Positions 7,592 through 17,590 of a stretch of 64,000 bases of DNA are shown here, one piece after another (the stretch's first letter is position 1; every line of letters begins with the position of its first letter). This DNA comes from a virus (taxonomy: Duplodnaviria; Caudoviricetes): IMG/VR virus record IMGVR_UViG_3300020049_008034, positions 13,549 to 77,548 of that record. The stretch is one strand, 5' to 3'. The notes beneath the pieces were generated by a model that was not told the DNA's origin, searched no databases, and saw only the letters and a program-made list of their open reading frames with translations. A program made the translations under genes and the position numbers.

Positions 7592-9037
7592 ATGCTGGAT
7601 CAAATAAAGTCCCAACTAGACTTGAAAGAGCTAGTTGGGCGCTACACCTCTCTCCGTAGGTCAGGGTCCAGATGGAAAGGGCTCTGTCCCTTCCATGCCG
7701 AGAAGACTCCCTCTTTTGTCGTGGAGGACGACCACGTGCATTGTTTTGGGTGCGGCATCCATTACGATCACTTTGGGTTTATACAGGCTATTGAAAATGT
7801 CAGCTTCCCAGAAGCCAAACGTATTTTAGCCAAAGAAGCCGGAGTTGAAATCGAGGATAAGGTTTACGAACGCCAAGATAAGGTTTTTCACATCAATGAA
7901 ATGGTCCAAAAGATTTGGGCTGATGGTGACACGGGATATTGGGAGTCTCGGGGGTATACGGAAGAAACGATTAAGAAATTCGGGTTGGGATGGTGCGACA
8001 AAGTTCCCTATAACGAAAAGACTTGGTATTTATTACATGATGCTGGAGTTTATAAAGATGGCAAACAGTTGTTGTACGACCGAGCTTCCGTTCCGCTTAA
8101 AAATCTCACCGGTCGAATCGTGGGGTTTGCCGGTCGGACACTTACTGGGCATCCTAAGTACATTAACACACCAGAAACTTCAGCTTACAAAAAGTCTAAT
8201 TATTTATACGGGTTATACGAGGCTAAGGACTCTATTCGCAAGTTAAGGTCTTGTTATGTTGTTGAAGGTTACACGGATGTTATCTCTCTTCACCAACGAG
8301 ACATTAAAAATGTCGTAGCGTCCTGCGGAACTGCGTTTACTGAGGAACACTGTAACCTTATTAAGCGTTATTGCAATAAGGTCGTATTTATGTTCGATGG
8401 CGACAGCGCGGGAGCTGCTGCGACCATCCGGGCTATCAAAACTGCTATTCAGTGGAATATGGATGTTTACGTCGTTCCACTTGATTGCGACCCGGATGAA
8501 CACCATGGTCCTCTCGTAGAAATTGAAGCTGTTGAATATTTAACGAGACAAATAAAAGGAACGCCAAATGAAATCGCAGATCACATTCGAGATGTTTGCA
8601 CGGCTATCCAAGACCCTATCACCGCTAAGATTTACTCTAAAAAGTTTGCCGATCAATACGGTGTCGCTCAGGAGGATATAGAGTCGATGATTTCCTACCG
8701 ACCGGTGGACCTAGAAGACAAATTAATCGATTTATACTTCGCAAAACCAGAGTTGAAAAATTTAATTAGAGAAAACATAGTAAATTTTTGCATTATTGAC
8801 CAAGATGATTTAATTTTACAAAACGAACCAACCGGGGGAGTATATATTTATAAATACTCCCCCGAACCCGAGATTGAAGCGAAGATTATTATCTCTAAAT
8901 TACTTTTAGAAATGCTGTCTCGCAAACAAGCCGAAGTAATTGGTTCTCAGGACTTAGATTTCAAACACCGAGCACTACAAAAGATTAATGAAGATCGCAG
9001 AGAGGTGCTTAAAAATATTCCGATACAATGGCAGTGA
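7592..9037 (+). CDS. dnaG: DnaG-type DNA primase
   Basis: CHC2 zinc finger (CPFHAEKTPSF...HCFGC), GR...PKYINTPET, TOPRIM VVEGYTDV and DGDSAG. Confidence 0.95.
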   Translation: MLDQIKSQLDLKELVGRYTSLRRSGSRWKGLCPFHAEKTPSFVVEDDHVHCFGCGIHYDHFGFIQAIENVSFPEAKRILAKEAGVEIEDKVYERQDKVFHINEMVQKIWADGDTGYWESRGYTEETIKKFGLGWCDKVPYNEKTWYLLHDAGVYKDGKQLLYDRASVPLKNLTGRIVGFAGRTLTGHPKYINTPETSAYKKSNYLYGLYEAKDSIRKLRSCYVVEGYTDVISLHQRDIKNVVASCGTAFTEEHCNLIKRYCNKVVFMFDGDSAGAAATIRAIKTAIQWNMDVYVVPLDCDPDEHHGPLVEIEAVEYLTRQIKGTPNEIADHIRDVCTAIQDPITAKIYSKKFADQYGVAQEDIESMISYRPVDLEDKLIDLYFAKPELKNLIRENIVNFCIIDQDDLILQNEPTGGVYIYKYSPEPEIEAKIIISKLLLEMLSRKQAEVIGSQDLDFKHRALQKINEDRREVLKNIPIQWQ

Positions 9038-9228
9038 AGTTTGTAATCAAACAGTTTTATAAAAATGGTAATTACGGGTACTTTCAAGGCAAGCACGAAG
9101 GAGTTGATCTTTTTACCACAATGATAGTTCTTGCGGAAGAATTTAATTCATACGAAGAAGCGGTACTGGCTATCGAGAATATGCAATGGAAAGGTATCTT
9201 TCAAGTCGAAAAAATATATTTAAACTAA
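9028..9228 (+). CDS. Hypothetical protein
   Basis: Coupled short ORF. Confidence 0.5.
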   Translation: MAVKFVIKQFYKNGNYGYFQGKHEGVDLFTTMIVLAEEFNSYEEAVLAIENMQWKGIFQVEKIYLN

Positions 9229-9854
9229 TGTGGACACTGACACTTTTTAGAGCACTTTCTGGCGTTCAAAACGCCTTATACTACGCCAAACTGGAAATGA
9301 TCGCCAAGCTTTGGGCCTTAGTTTTGATTGGGTATATCTGTTGGATGCTGAACGGATGGTATGTTGTTTCAGCAATTGGCGTGGTGTTTGCGTATCTCTC
9401 TTTTGAAGGGAAGTTATGGAGGGGTTCTATTCATTTAGTGGAGATCTTTAAAACAGGACTTCCGATCATTACTTATTTCATAAGTGGCGGGAATTTAGTT
9501 GATATTATGTTATCAACTTACCCCGGACTTGTTTTACATAAAATGGTCATAAATTGGGGATCAGGCCAACCTATTCTCTCGGACGTGACAGACGACCCAA
9601 CCGGGCGGTCGTTTACTTTTACTGTTTCTTTAAAATGGAAATGGGCAGTGAGCTGGATTCATTTTTTCTGGTTCAAAGTAAAGGGAAACGCTGACGCCAG
9701 ACAGTTTATTTTTGAGCAAGCAAATCCCGGATGGACTAAAATCTTCGTCCCTCGTCAAACGATGGCAGACCGAATCATATGGAGCCTTATTTCCATTGGG
9801 GTATGGGCTTTGATGTATTTCGATATTCTTAACTATTTAAAAATTCAAATCTAA
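9186..9854 (+). CDS. Multi-pass membrane protein (start probably ATG 9228)
   Basis: Several hydrophobic segments. Confidence 0.6.
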   Translation: MERYLSSRKNIFKLMWTLTLFRALSGVQNALYYAKLEMIAKLWALVLIGYICWMLNGWYVVSAIGVVFAYLSFEGKLWRGSIHLVEIFKTGLPIITYFISGGNLVDIMLSTYPGLVLHKMVINWGSGQPILSDVTDDPTGRSFTFTVSLKWKWAVSWIHFFWFKVKGNADARQFIFEQANPGWTKIFVPRQTMADRIIWSLISIGVWALMYFDILNYLKIQI

Positions 9855-10078
9855 TGGGAGTCAAGTATCATCTTTTATCTGAAAAAGCCAAGGTATATAA
9901 AAAGCTACCTAAAAATGCTACTGAACCAGTTCTTGAGACAGAAGAAACAATCGAGTACCATGTTTTCCCGTGGTACTATATCGAGCGCAAAGAAGCTGTT
10001 AACAAGTGTTCCTTTTGCGGCAAACCCAAATACAACCCCTGCATCCATCAGTCACAAGTAAAATACTGTAAGCGATGA
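9854..10078 (+). CDS. Small Cys-containing hypothetical protein
   Basis: CSFC...C motif; coupled ORF. Confidence 0.5.
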   Translation: MGVKYHLLSEKAKVYKKLPKNATEPVLETEETIEYHVFPWYYIERKEAVNKCSFCGKPKYNPCIHQSQVKYCKR

Positions 10079-10956
10079 TCTACACCTCAACTGCACCCAT
10101 CGCTAAAGGGTTATTAAATGAGCTCCGTACTAAATTTCACCAAGAGGTGAAGTACGGAGCTTTATTTGATATTTTTATGTTCTGCGGCCCTCGGGCGAAT
10201 GAGGTTTTAAAACTACAAGTCGCCCACGTTGCAACCCCTTTAAGCAAAATTGACTGGGAATACGTGGACGGGACGTGCCGGTGGGGGGAGACGAAAAAAG
10301 GATTTAAGTACGAATACCAGATTCGTGACAACATTCTTTTCTATACAACAAAGCAAGACCGTAACGGAAGGCGAACAAAGCGCACTCCGCCTATCAATCC
10401 TCTTCTTAAGGCATCTTTAGGGAAATATTTAGACGGAAGTATCTTGAACCCGGATGATCTTCTTTTCCCCGGAAACAGCGGTAAAATGCTTAGCTATGAA
10501 GCCATTAACCGAAGATTGGAAAAATACTGCGCTGAGCTACGCATCGACGAAACCGTTTTGGGTGGTCAAATTGGGTTTCACATGATTAGGAAGGCTTTTG
10601 CCGTTGCACTTTTTCAACACTTCGGTGGAGGGCTTCTGGCTGCAATTAAAGTTCAAAAGGAATTTGGTCACAAAAACCTACTTACAACCTATCGGTATTT
10701 AGGTGTTAGGTTAGACGAGGACGTCCACGATGCCATCCGGACTGGAGAAATGTACAACGTTACTCTTGTAGACCGCATACAAGGTCGTGAAGCAGCTTTA
10801 GTAGGTTGGCAGAATCTTTATACTATATTTGAAAATTCTGGCGTCCTAGACTTGCAAATGACCAACTGGCTTCGTACCTTTACATCGGACGAAAAAGACA
10901 TCGACCGCACTTTGCAGTGGATGAAATCTCATAACCAAAAAATTGATTTTTTATGA
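10075..10956 (+). CDS. Tyrosine recombinase (integrase/Xer-like catalytic domain)
   Basis: GPRANEV (Arg), HMIRK (HxxR), GH and TYRY (Tyr) catalytic motifs. Confidence 0.88.
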   Translation: MIYTSTAPIAKGLLNELRTKFHQEVKYGALFDIFMFCGPRANEVLKLQVAHVATPLSKIDWEYVDGTCRWGETKKGFKYEYQIRDNILFYTTKQDRNGRRTKRTPPINPLLKASLGKYLDGSILNPDDLLFPGNSGKMLSYEAINRRLEKYCAELRIDETVLGGQIGFHMIRKAFAVALFQHFGGGLLAAIKVQKEFGHKNLLTTYRYLGVRLDEDVHDAIRTGEMYNVTLVDRIQGREAALVGWQNLYTIFENSGVLDLQMTNWLRTFTSDEKDIDRTLQWMKSHNQKIDFL

Positions 10957-11189
10957 TAGGAGTGAACAGTAAAATGAAAGACGGAAACGGCAAGCTCGTG
11001 TATAGCGGCCAGCGCCTCAAACTTAAAAATCCCCCACCGGGAGACCTGTCTTTGGACTGGCCGGTAAGCTGGGGGCTTTATAATGGATTCCAGTTTATGG
11101 GAAGGAAACTGGACCAATACCAACTTGAAAAGTACGTAATTGTAAAAGATATTTCGTGGTGGGATAAAATTAAACTAAAATTTGTATGA
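10953..11189 (+). CDS. Hypothetical protein (YopX-like start)
   Basis: KDGNGKLVYSG resembles the D.NG.EIYEG motif. Confidence 0.5.
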   Translation: MIGVNSKMKDGNGKLVYSGQRLKLKNPPPGDLSLDWPVSWGLYNGFQFMGRKLDQYQLEKYVIVKDISWWDKIKLKFV

Positions 11190-11491
11190 AAACAACATAC
11201 TTGATCCTGGCCTGCATTCTTGTTGTTGCAATCCAATGTTCGGCACAAATTGCTTTTCGAAACCCATCCGGGCTCATGATAGTTGCTCCGCCTCCGGCAT
11301 TTGGAGTTACTACAATTTACGATTATGTCGTCACTGACGGGAGACAGCAATGGCGACATAACACTTATAATTGGCGCGCACAGATCCCGGTTGGGCCAAA
11401 TCGCTGCAAAATCTACCTCTGGGTACGAGAATACGTAAATCAACGACAAGTAAACCGTAAATTTTACATCTTTTATGAAGAAAATAATTAA
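11186..11491 (+). CDS. Small secreted protein
   Basis: Signal peptide MKTTYLILACILVVAIQCSA followed by Q. Confidence 0.6.
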   Translation: MKTTYLILACILVVAIQCSAQIAFRNPSGLMIVAPPPAFGVTTIYDYVVTDGRQQWRHNTYNWRAQIPVGPNRCKIYLWVREYVNQRQVNRKFYIFYEENN

Positions 11492-11591
11492 AATTGTTTT
11501 GATCATAGCAGTTTTTGTTTTAGCTTTGATCTTGACATTCACCAAGATGGTGGAAGGACTTTTAAACCTAATACTAGATTCGTTTTTATGA
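11475..11591 (+). CDS. 38-aa membrane peptide (below ORF-track cutoff)
   Basis: MKKIIKIVLIIAVFVLALILTF...; ATGA overlap with next ORF. Confidence 0.45.
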   Translation: MKKIIKIVLIIAVFVLALILTFTKMVEGLLNLILDSFL

Positions 11592-11746
11592 AACGTACCG
11601 CCCTATTAGCAGCAGGAATTGCTGCGATTATGTTGATTCCAATCGGATTCTTTTTCCCAGACAAAATAGGAGTAATCTCTATTGTTGGGGTTGCTTTTAT
11701 TCTTTTATGTCTTTTTATGTACTTGCTATTTCGTAATTATGAGTAA
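11588..11746 (+). CDS. 52-aa two-TM membrane peptide (below ORF-track cutoff)
   Basis: MKRTALLAAGIAAIMLIPIGFFFPDKIGVISIVGVAFILLCLFMYLLFRNYE. Confidence 0.5.
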   Translation: MKRTALLAAGIAAIMLIPIGFFFPDKIGVISIVGVAFILLCLFMYLLFRNYE

Positions 11747-12053
11747 ACATATCAAGGTTTACGAAGAATTTTTCGGAACTCGGGATTGCGAACTTACTGG
11801 ACTTAACGGTGCTGACATTCACCACATAGTTGCAAAACAAATGGGTGGCTCTAAGATTAGAGATAACATCGAGAACCTAATGGCGTTGACTCGCCAAGCC
11901 CACGAATACTTCGGAGACAAAAAACAATTCAAAGAGTGGCTTCAGGAGTGGCACGACCAGTACATGAAGCACCAAACCCCAATGTATATCATCCGCCCGG
12001 ATGATCCGATTCTAAAAGAATACCTAATTAAAATATATGGAAGTTATCTTTGA
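11739..12053 (+). CDS. HNH-like nuclease domain protein
   Basis: DIHHIVAKQMGG...ENLMALTRQAH. Confidence 0.65.
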   Translation: MSKHIKVYEEFFGTRDCELTGLNGADIHHIVAKQMGGSKIRDNIENLMALTRQAHEYFGDKKQFKEWLQEWHDQYMKHQTPMYIIRPDDPILKEYLIKIYGSYL

Positions 12054-12261
12054 TCACGACGCCGAAGGCAAGACAGACATCGAGGCGTACAATTATGTTC
12101 CAGAAGAGAATGATGTAATTGGAAACCTGATGGCTGCTGAAATTGCCATGAAGCGATATTCGTCTTACATTCACTTTAAAGGTGAATTATACAAGCACTG
12201 GAATCAGTTCCTCATGGCTTACCACACCGACCTGAATGAACGAGGAGTTAGTTTCGCTTAG
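12037..12261 (+). CDS. Hypothetical protein
   Basis: Coupled ORF. Confidence 0.5.
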   Translation: MEVIFDHDAEGKTDIEAYNYVPEENDVIGNLMAAEIAMKRYSSYIHFKGELYKHWNQFLMAYHTDLNERGVSFA

Positions 12262-12541
12262 GTTTTGGCTGGGAATGAAACCCGAAGAACAGGCAGTAGC
12301 TTTTATCTGTCTTTATCTGTTAGATAAAAAACTAGCAAGTAAAGATGAGATAATGAGCTACTGCCTTCATTCGTTTAAACCCGAAGGGAAACCTATTTTA
12401 TTTGATTTAGCCAAACAGTATTTAAATGAGAAAGAAGCGATCAAACTTAACGCAAAAGGAGTCAAATATGCCCAACAACTCAAGCTCAGATATAATGCTT
12501 ATCGAATTAGTCTTCGAGTTCAACACTCCGAGTCTGAATAG
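12236..12541 (+). CDS. Hypothetical protein, possible winged helix
   Basis: Coupled ORF; IKLNAKG wing-like end. Confidence 0.45.
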   Translation: MNEELVSLRFWLGMKPEEQAVAFICLYLLDKKLASKDEIMSYCLHSFKPEGKPILFDLAKQYLNEKEAIKLNAKGVKYAQQLKLRYNAYRISLRVQHSESE

Positions 12542-12863
12542 AATGCAAAAACAACGACATATGGATGCCCGGATGAAGTCAAAAATCAAGGAACACATGA
12601 TCGCTCAGTTAAAAGAAAAATACGGCATTCCATTCCCAAGAGCCAAGGGGAACGTAACAATAGAGTATACCAGAATTGGGAAGAGAGTTTTAGATCACGT
12701 CAACGCAGTCGGATCTTTAAAATGGTGGGAAGACAGACTTGTAGAGTTGGAAATCTGCCCTAACGACCGCCCGGTTGACGATGGAGGATGTATGCACATG
12801 CCCATCGTCAACCAAATCAAAGGAGAGCCTGGGACTATTCTGCGAGTTCTTGTGCAAGAATAA
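12495..12863 (+). CDS. RusA-like Holliday junction resolvase
   Basis: PSLN start motif, R..D..N....K...D (RVLDHVNAVGSLKWWED), PNDR..DD. Confidence 0.65.
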   Translation: MLIELVFEFNTPSLNRMQKQRHMDARMKSKIKEHMIAQLKEKYGIPFPRAKGNVTIEYTRIGKRVLDHVNAVGSLKWWEDRLVELEICPNDRPVDDGGCMHMPIVNQIKGEPGTILRVLVQE

Positions 12864-13173
12864 TCATTTCGTCTCCCCAATTTTGTTTTACTAAAAACAC
12901 AAGTTGCTCATACTCAGCTTCCATTTGCCGAAGTCTTGCCAAAGTATCGATTGAAATATTTACCAACGGATTTGTTGCTCCATCAGTTGGCGGAGCATTT
13001 AAAAGATACCTCGAACCATCTCTAAAAATATAATGCTCCCCCTTTTCTACGTCTTCGACGAATTCTGCGAACTTGAGGAGGTCTGTGATGTCTCTTTCTC
13101 TTGAAAGATAGGCAACCATTTTTGCCATTGACCGCATGTGAAATAATTTAAAACCGCACCACGAGCCATGCAT
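12835..13173 (-). CDS. Hypothetical protein, last gene of convergent - arm
   Basis: ORF converging on + arm. Confidence 0.5.
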   Translation of the reverse strand: MHGSWCGFKLFHMRSMAKMVAYLSRERDITDLLKFAEFVEDVEKGEHYIFRDGSRYLLNAPPTDGATNPLVNISIDTLARLRQMEAEYEQLVFLVKQNWGDEMIILAQELAE

Positions 13174-13257
13174 TCGGCTTTGTTATCCGGTAGGTGTGAG
13201 TAATTCTTTTTTACTTTTTCGTACTCTTCTCTAAGTTCTGGTATTTCTCGCCAGCGC

Positions 13258-13659
13258 TTAAATATCTCTTGGGGTCCTTTGAAAGTCATGCTTAGAAAAC
13301 TCCTTAAAGTGTGTATAGAAGAAATGTTCTGAGACCTCGGATAATACTTGTACTGTTTTTAAGCAGTCAATTGCTCTTTTCTCGTTGTTTTTCAACCTTT
13401 TAAGGAATTCTCTAAAGTTCCATCCAGTTTGGCGCTCTACTTCATTTTTAATGAAGAGTTTAATCTCATCCGGGCGATCTCTCTTTACCTTTAGATCCAT
13501 CCAGTAATGAAAATACTTGTAAACAAAAGACTGGCTCAGGATTTCGGCCTGAGCGATTTCTTTTATTTGTTTAACAGCCCACGGTTGTTTGGTCTTTAAA
13601 CCTTCTTTTAGCGCTTCTACGTCGTATTTAGCGCTTACTTTAACCCACTTTGGCCCCAT
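13258..13659 (-). CDS. Hypothetical protein
   Basis: ORF in - strand run. Confidence 0.6.
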   Translation of the reverse strand: MGPKWVKVSAKYDVEALKEGLKTKQPWAVKQIKEIAQAEILSQSFVYKYFHYWMDLKVKRDRPDEIKLFIKNEVERQTGWNFREFLKRLKNNEKRAIDCLKTVQVLSEVSEHFFYTHFKEFSKHDFQRTPRDI

Positions 13660-13943
13660 CTTATGTTAATTTTGTTAGGTACTTGCTGGCCGAAGAATTT
13701 CTTCAGACCTTTTGTCGTTTCAAATATAATACCATCCGACCATAATTTTACTTTATTGCCAAGAAATTTTCCATCTTTAACAATAAAAAAATGGTTAGTG
13801 TAAGTCTGGAGTAATACATCTCCTGAGATGTATTCATAACCCATTGATTCGACGTGAACTCCCATTTTAAGAGAAAGCTCTAACGCTTGTTGGGTTGTGA
13901 TTTCTACTTCTTTTTTGTACATAGTCTTTCGTGATATTTCCAA
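13635..13943 (-). CDS. Hypothetical protein
   Basis: ORF in - strand run. Confidence 0.55.
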   Translation of the reverse strand: MEISRKTMYKKEVEITTQQALELSLKMGVHVESMGYEYISGDVLLQTYTNHFFIVKDGKFLGNKVKLWSDGIIFETTKGLKKFFGQQVPNKINIRWGQSGLK

Positions 13944-15511
13944 ATCCCACTTTCGTCTTCCTCAGCTTTTAAAAGTTCGAGGATTTGATCGTATTGGGTG
14001 TTTGGATCAAGTGAAGTATAACCATAAGTCTTAGCAGCGAAGACTGCCCATCTGTCGGACCATCCTTTTATTGCTGCGGTGATCCTTAAAAGCTCAGGTC
14101 TTTGAACAGCAGCGAAACGTTTTTTAATAGCTTCCCCTGAAGATGCTAGGATTTTATCAATAAACAAATCAATCTGATCAACCTCTTCAAAATCAACCTC
14201 GTCGGCGTGTACTTTATCATCTGTGACTTTAAATTGAAATTTATAGCCGCAGTTTTTACAGAAATGCACCTGAACAGCTTGGACATGATCGCACTGAGGG
14301 CAAGTTTTAGTCGGAGCCACGCCGTCACGTTTAGGTTTTCCCGTAAGGTCAAACCCCATTACGTCAAACTGCTCAGGGCCACCGTGGCGACGGACATTCA
14401 TTCCTAAATCCAAAATAATGGCGTTGGGTTTTACGTAAATATCACCATCCTTAGCCCAGCTACTTCCGTCCCAGATTGGCCTTGCAGCCCTAGCGGTAGC
14501 TTGGATATATTTCACGATAGAAGCGGTGGCGCAGAGAAGCATGACGGCTCCGCAGTTATCCACCGAGACACCTTCAGACACCATAGAAATATTGACTAAA
14601 ACTTTAAATAACTCGTCTTCAAACTCCTTTAAAACCCTTAGTTGTTCTTCAGGTCCCATGTCTGATGTGATCGCCTTAGCACTTATTCCGGCCTCGTTAA
14701 ATCGCTTAGCAGTCTCGTGAGCGTGTTCTTTTCTGTTAGTTGTAAAAACTATAGTCTGGCGGTTCTCGCAGTGCTGCTTCCATTTGTCTATGGCTGCTTG
14801 ATAGATTCTATCATTGTCGAATTTCTTAAATACTTCTTTTTGGTTGAAGTCGACATCTCCATCCGGGGTTGGCCTGATTTTTATCCCGGTAAAATCCAAC
14901 CCTACGTTCGGAGCGATTAGTTTAAAAGGGACAAGGGCTTTTTGCTCAATCAGCTTCATTGTTGTTGTGGACTGGAGCAGGACATCAAAGTCGTTCTCAA
15001 AACTCTCACCGGACTTCATTCTCACCGGCGAAGCCGTGTATCCTATGATTATCTTCCCTTTAAACTGTTCTAAAAGTCGTTGGTATTCTTTAGCCGGAGT
15101 CCGGTGAGCTTCATCGATCATTATGACATCAAAGTCTAGCTTGCGATTAAGGGCAGTTTGGTAAGTCGATAACATAACTGACTTACGAGCAGACTTCACT
15201 CCTGAGAGGCAAAACCCGAAGTCATGGAAGTTCATTTGTTTCTTTAGGCGGTCAGCCAGGGCGTTTGTACCGCTTACTAAATTCCGCTTGTGAGTCGTGA
15301 ATAAAATTCGTTTCCCTTGCTTGGCCCAGTCTGCTATCCGATAGGCGATGCAACTCCCTTTGCCTGAGCCGGCAGGCGCTACGTATAAAATCCTACGTTT
15401 GCCGATTGCTATGTAATCAAGGATAGCTTGATCGGCTCGTTGTTGGTAGTCTCTGAGTTTAAACATAATGAGAAATGCCGCTTCAGACAGTAGGAGTGTC
15501 ATCCACGGCAT
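13904..15511 (-). CDS. Superfamily II (DEAH) helicase with C-terminal Zn finger, RadD/YejH-like
   Basis: APAGSGKG, DEAH, TASP, SEGV, YIQATARAAR motifs; CPQC...CKNC. Confidence 0.9.
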   Translation of the reverse strand: MPWMTLLLSEAAFLIMFKLRDYQQRADQAILDYIAIGKRRILYVAPAGSGKGSCIAYRIADWAKQGKRILFTTHKRNLVSGTNALADRLKKQMNFHDFGFCLSGVKSARKSVMLSTYQTALNRKLDFDVIMIDEAHRTPAKEYQRLLEQFKGKIIIGYTASPVRMKSGESFENDFDVLLQSTTTMKLIEQKALVPFKLIAPNVGLDFTGIKIRPTPDGDVDFNQKEVFKKFDNDRIYQAAIDKWKQHCENRQTIVFTTNRKEHAHETAKRFNEAGISAKAITSDMGPEEQLRVLKEFEDELFKVLVNISMVSEGVSVDNCGAVMLLCATASIVKYIQATARAARPIWDGSSWAKDGDIYVKPNAIILDLGMNVRRHGGPEQFDVMGFDLTGKPKRDGVAPTKTCPQCDHVQAVQVHFCKNCGYKFQFKVTDDKVHADEVDFEEVDQIDLFIDKILASSGEAIKKRFAAVQRPELLRITAAIKGWSDRWAVFAAKTYGYTSLDPNTQYDQILELLKAEEDESGIWKYHERLCTKKK

Positions 15512-15557
15512 TAAGGGTGATAAAATTCTTTATGTGGCTCCTACCTCACAAGAAGAA

Positions 15558-16052
15558 TTACATGTAGCTTTTGATTATTTTAGCCCTTTCTTTGAATACT
15601 GCATTAATAACATCGGGGTTTCTAGTTAGGATGCCAGACTCGTATAGATCACGATACGTATCAAGCCAATTGATAAACGGCCTTAAATCTCCGATTTTGC
15701 TCAGCCGGGCTCCAAGGTTAATGTCATCAATACAAAGCGTACCGTATGCCTTTGGCGAAGAGGTCCACTTTTCTTGAGTTGGATTCGTATTGATTCCATA
15801 AAGCGGAATGTTGCGATTCTCAAACCATTTCACTGCCTCAGACAAATAACATCCGCCGTGTGGGTGAATATCGGGGTCGTCAGTGACGGGAGGTTCGGTG
15901 TGATCGCAACGCATAGTCCATAAGATAAGTTGATGCCCAGTAGCTACCAATTCTCTCAAAACAGGGGCAGCGCCGATGTCTTTACCGATGGCTGGGAATT
16001 CGTGGGTACAACATGTCCCGTCAAAATCAATTAAACAAATAAGTTTTTTCAT
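15558..16052 (-). CDS. HAD-superfamily hydrolase (BT0820-like)
   Basis: DFDGT, LWTMR and K...IDD motifs. Confidence 0.8.
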   Translation of the reverse strand: MKKLICLIDFDGTCCTHEFPAIGKDIGAAPVLRELVATGHQLILWTMRCDHTEPPVTDDPDIHPHGGCYLSEAVKWFENRNIPLYGINTNPTQEKWTSSPKAYGTLCIDDINLGARLSKIGDLRPFINWLDTYRDLYESGILTRNPDVINAVFKERAKIIKSYM

Positions 16053-16639
16053 TCAATTAAATATTTCATTTTTATCCCGCCGTTTTTGACGGAATAACCC
16101 TTTGATTCCATTTCCATCTCCCACGTCCTAAAGTGAACTCCATTACAGTACCCAGCCCCTTCTCCCCGTGCTGGAGTTTTGAAGGATATTGTTTGGTCGT
16201 AACTTAAGTCCGACACGGTGTTTTCCGGTGCTTTACATTCGAACAAGTAGTGGGTCTTAAAGAGTGATAAAAACTCAGCCCCGCACTTCGTTTCGTGTAT
16301 TGTCGAGTTGTATTCGATTGCCTTAGCCATAGCCGCATAGAAACCCATGTACCTCACCAACCATCCAAACGGAGCTGTATTGAATCCAGGATTATTACCC
16401 GGATGAATACCATGCCCCTTCAAGTGTTGTTTCATGGCCGCAGCCTTTTGATCGGCTTCAGTTCCGTTGTCGTACTTGGTCCTAAAAACAGCTTGAGCAA
16501 TCTTCCCCCATGGAGTGACTTGGTAGATTCCATCTTTAAGGCTCAACCATTTATAAGACTCCGCTTCTTTGATTCCGGCTTTCAGCATATTGATTTTAGA
16601 ATCATCTACCGAAAACGGAGCTACTGTCATCGCCCACAT
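16049..16639 (-). CDS. Hypothetical protein
   Basis: Coupled ORF. Confidence 0.6.
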   Translation of the reverse strand: MWAMTVAPFSVDDSKINMLKAGIKEAESYKWLSLKDGIYQVTPWGKIAQAVFRTKYDNGTEADQKAAAMKQHLKGHGIHPGNNPGFNTAPFGWLVRYMGFYAAMAKAIEYNSTIHETKCGAEFLSLFKTHYLFECKAPENTVSDLSYDQTISFKTPARGEGAGYCNGVHFRTWEMEMESKGYSVKNGGIKMKYLIE

Positions 16640-16833
16640 AAGCTTTCAAGTTTTAATGGCCAAATAAGCATCATTGATACGATTTCAACTTTGAATTCCT
16701 TCTCGTCCCACTCATTTAATTGAATGTCATCCTCAAATTTTTCAACGTAGATATGGTATCTAAGCTTAAAATCTGTGAGGAATAAAATAAGGACTCCAAA
16801 GTAGATTGAAAATACTATAAGCATGGCATCCAT
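16627..16833 (-). CDS. Small membrane protein
   Basis: N-terminal TM segment. Confidence 0.5.
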   Translation of the reverse strand: MDAMLIVFSIYFGVLILFLTDFKLRYHIYVEKFEDDIQLNEWDEKEFKVEIVSMMLIWPLKLESLCGR

Positions 16834-16994
16834 TTTGTAAACAACCTAGCTTTCCCTCTCTCATCCCTAAAATCAGCTAGAGCTTCGTCTGCTGGGAATG
16901 GGTTATTCCATCTAACCGTAAAGGGGTGGTTATCTAAGTATTTAACTACAATCCATTCCCCAGTTCTTGGGGCAGTGTTTTCTGGTTGCCACAT
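16815..16994 (-). CDS. 59-aa hypothetical protein (below ORF-track cutoff)
   Basis: MWQPENTAPRTGEWIVV..., a typical small phage protein start; fills the gap between coupled genes. Confidence 0.5.
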   Translation of the reverse strand: MWQPENTAPRTGEWIVVKYLDNHPFTVRWNNPFPADEALADFRDERGKARLFTKWMPCL

Positions 16995-17590
16995 TAGAAC
17001 ATAATTTTAATCCCACCAGTTACTCCCGGCTTCCCGTTCCACATAACCCCTCCTATGAGGCTTAGGGCTGGCGTGAGTGGCTTTTCGTAGGATAGTTGAT
17101 AGATTGGATTGCTGCCAATTAAAATGCCGTAGGAAGCGCTTAAACCGTGTTTGAACTTCTTGTAGGTAACTGAATCCTTAACAACACGGTTTCTTTCAAT
17201 CCACAAATCGTTGGTCGTTTGAGAAAGAATGTCAACCAAGCTGTTTTTGTCTTCAACTAAAAGTTCATTTTCATTTTGGAGCTTTTCCGCTTCGACAGTC
17301 ATCCGGGCGATTTGCGACCTAAAGGCGTAAAAACTTACGGAATCTGGCAGTCCATAATGGATTGAATCCCGGATGACCCGAATCTTGTCGATATGCTTCG
17401 TGCTAACGACGGTATTTTTGACTGCATAAGGCACATAAACCGTGTCCACCTTAACGACAGTCTTTGTGGCTACCTTGGTAATTGTCTCAGCTACATCAGC
17501 CGGAACTTCACACTTATTCAGCCCGAAGGCCATTAGGATTGCGGCGATAAACGCGCCTAGAGGTATCATGTTTTTCATTCGATTGTCCAT
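16994..17590 (-). CDS. Membrane-anchored protein with coiled coil and beta-rich C-terminus
   Basis: Hydrophobic N-terminus with Cys, coiled coil, terminal GGIKIMF. Confidence 0.6.
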   Translation of the reverse strand: MDNRMKNMIPLGAFIAAILMAFGLNKCEVPADVAETITKVATKTVVKVDTVYVPYAVKNTVVSTKHIDKIRVIRDSIHYGLPDSVSFYAFRSQIARMTVEAEKLQNENELLVEDKNSLVDILSQTTNDLWIERNRVVKDSVTYKKFKHGLSASYGILIGSNPIYQLSYEKPLTPALSLIGGVMWNGKPGVTGGIKIMF

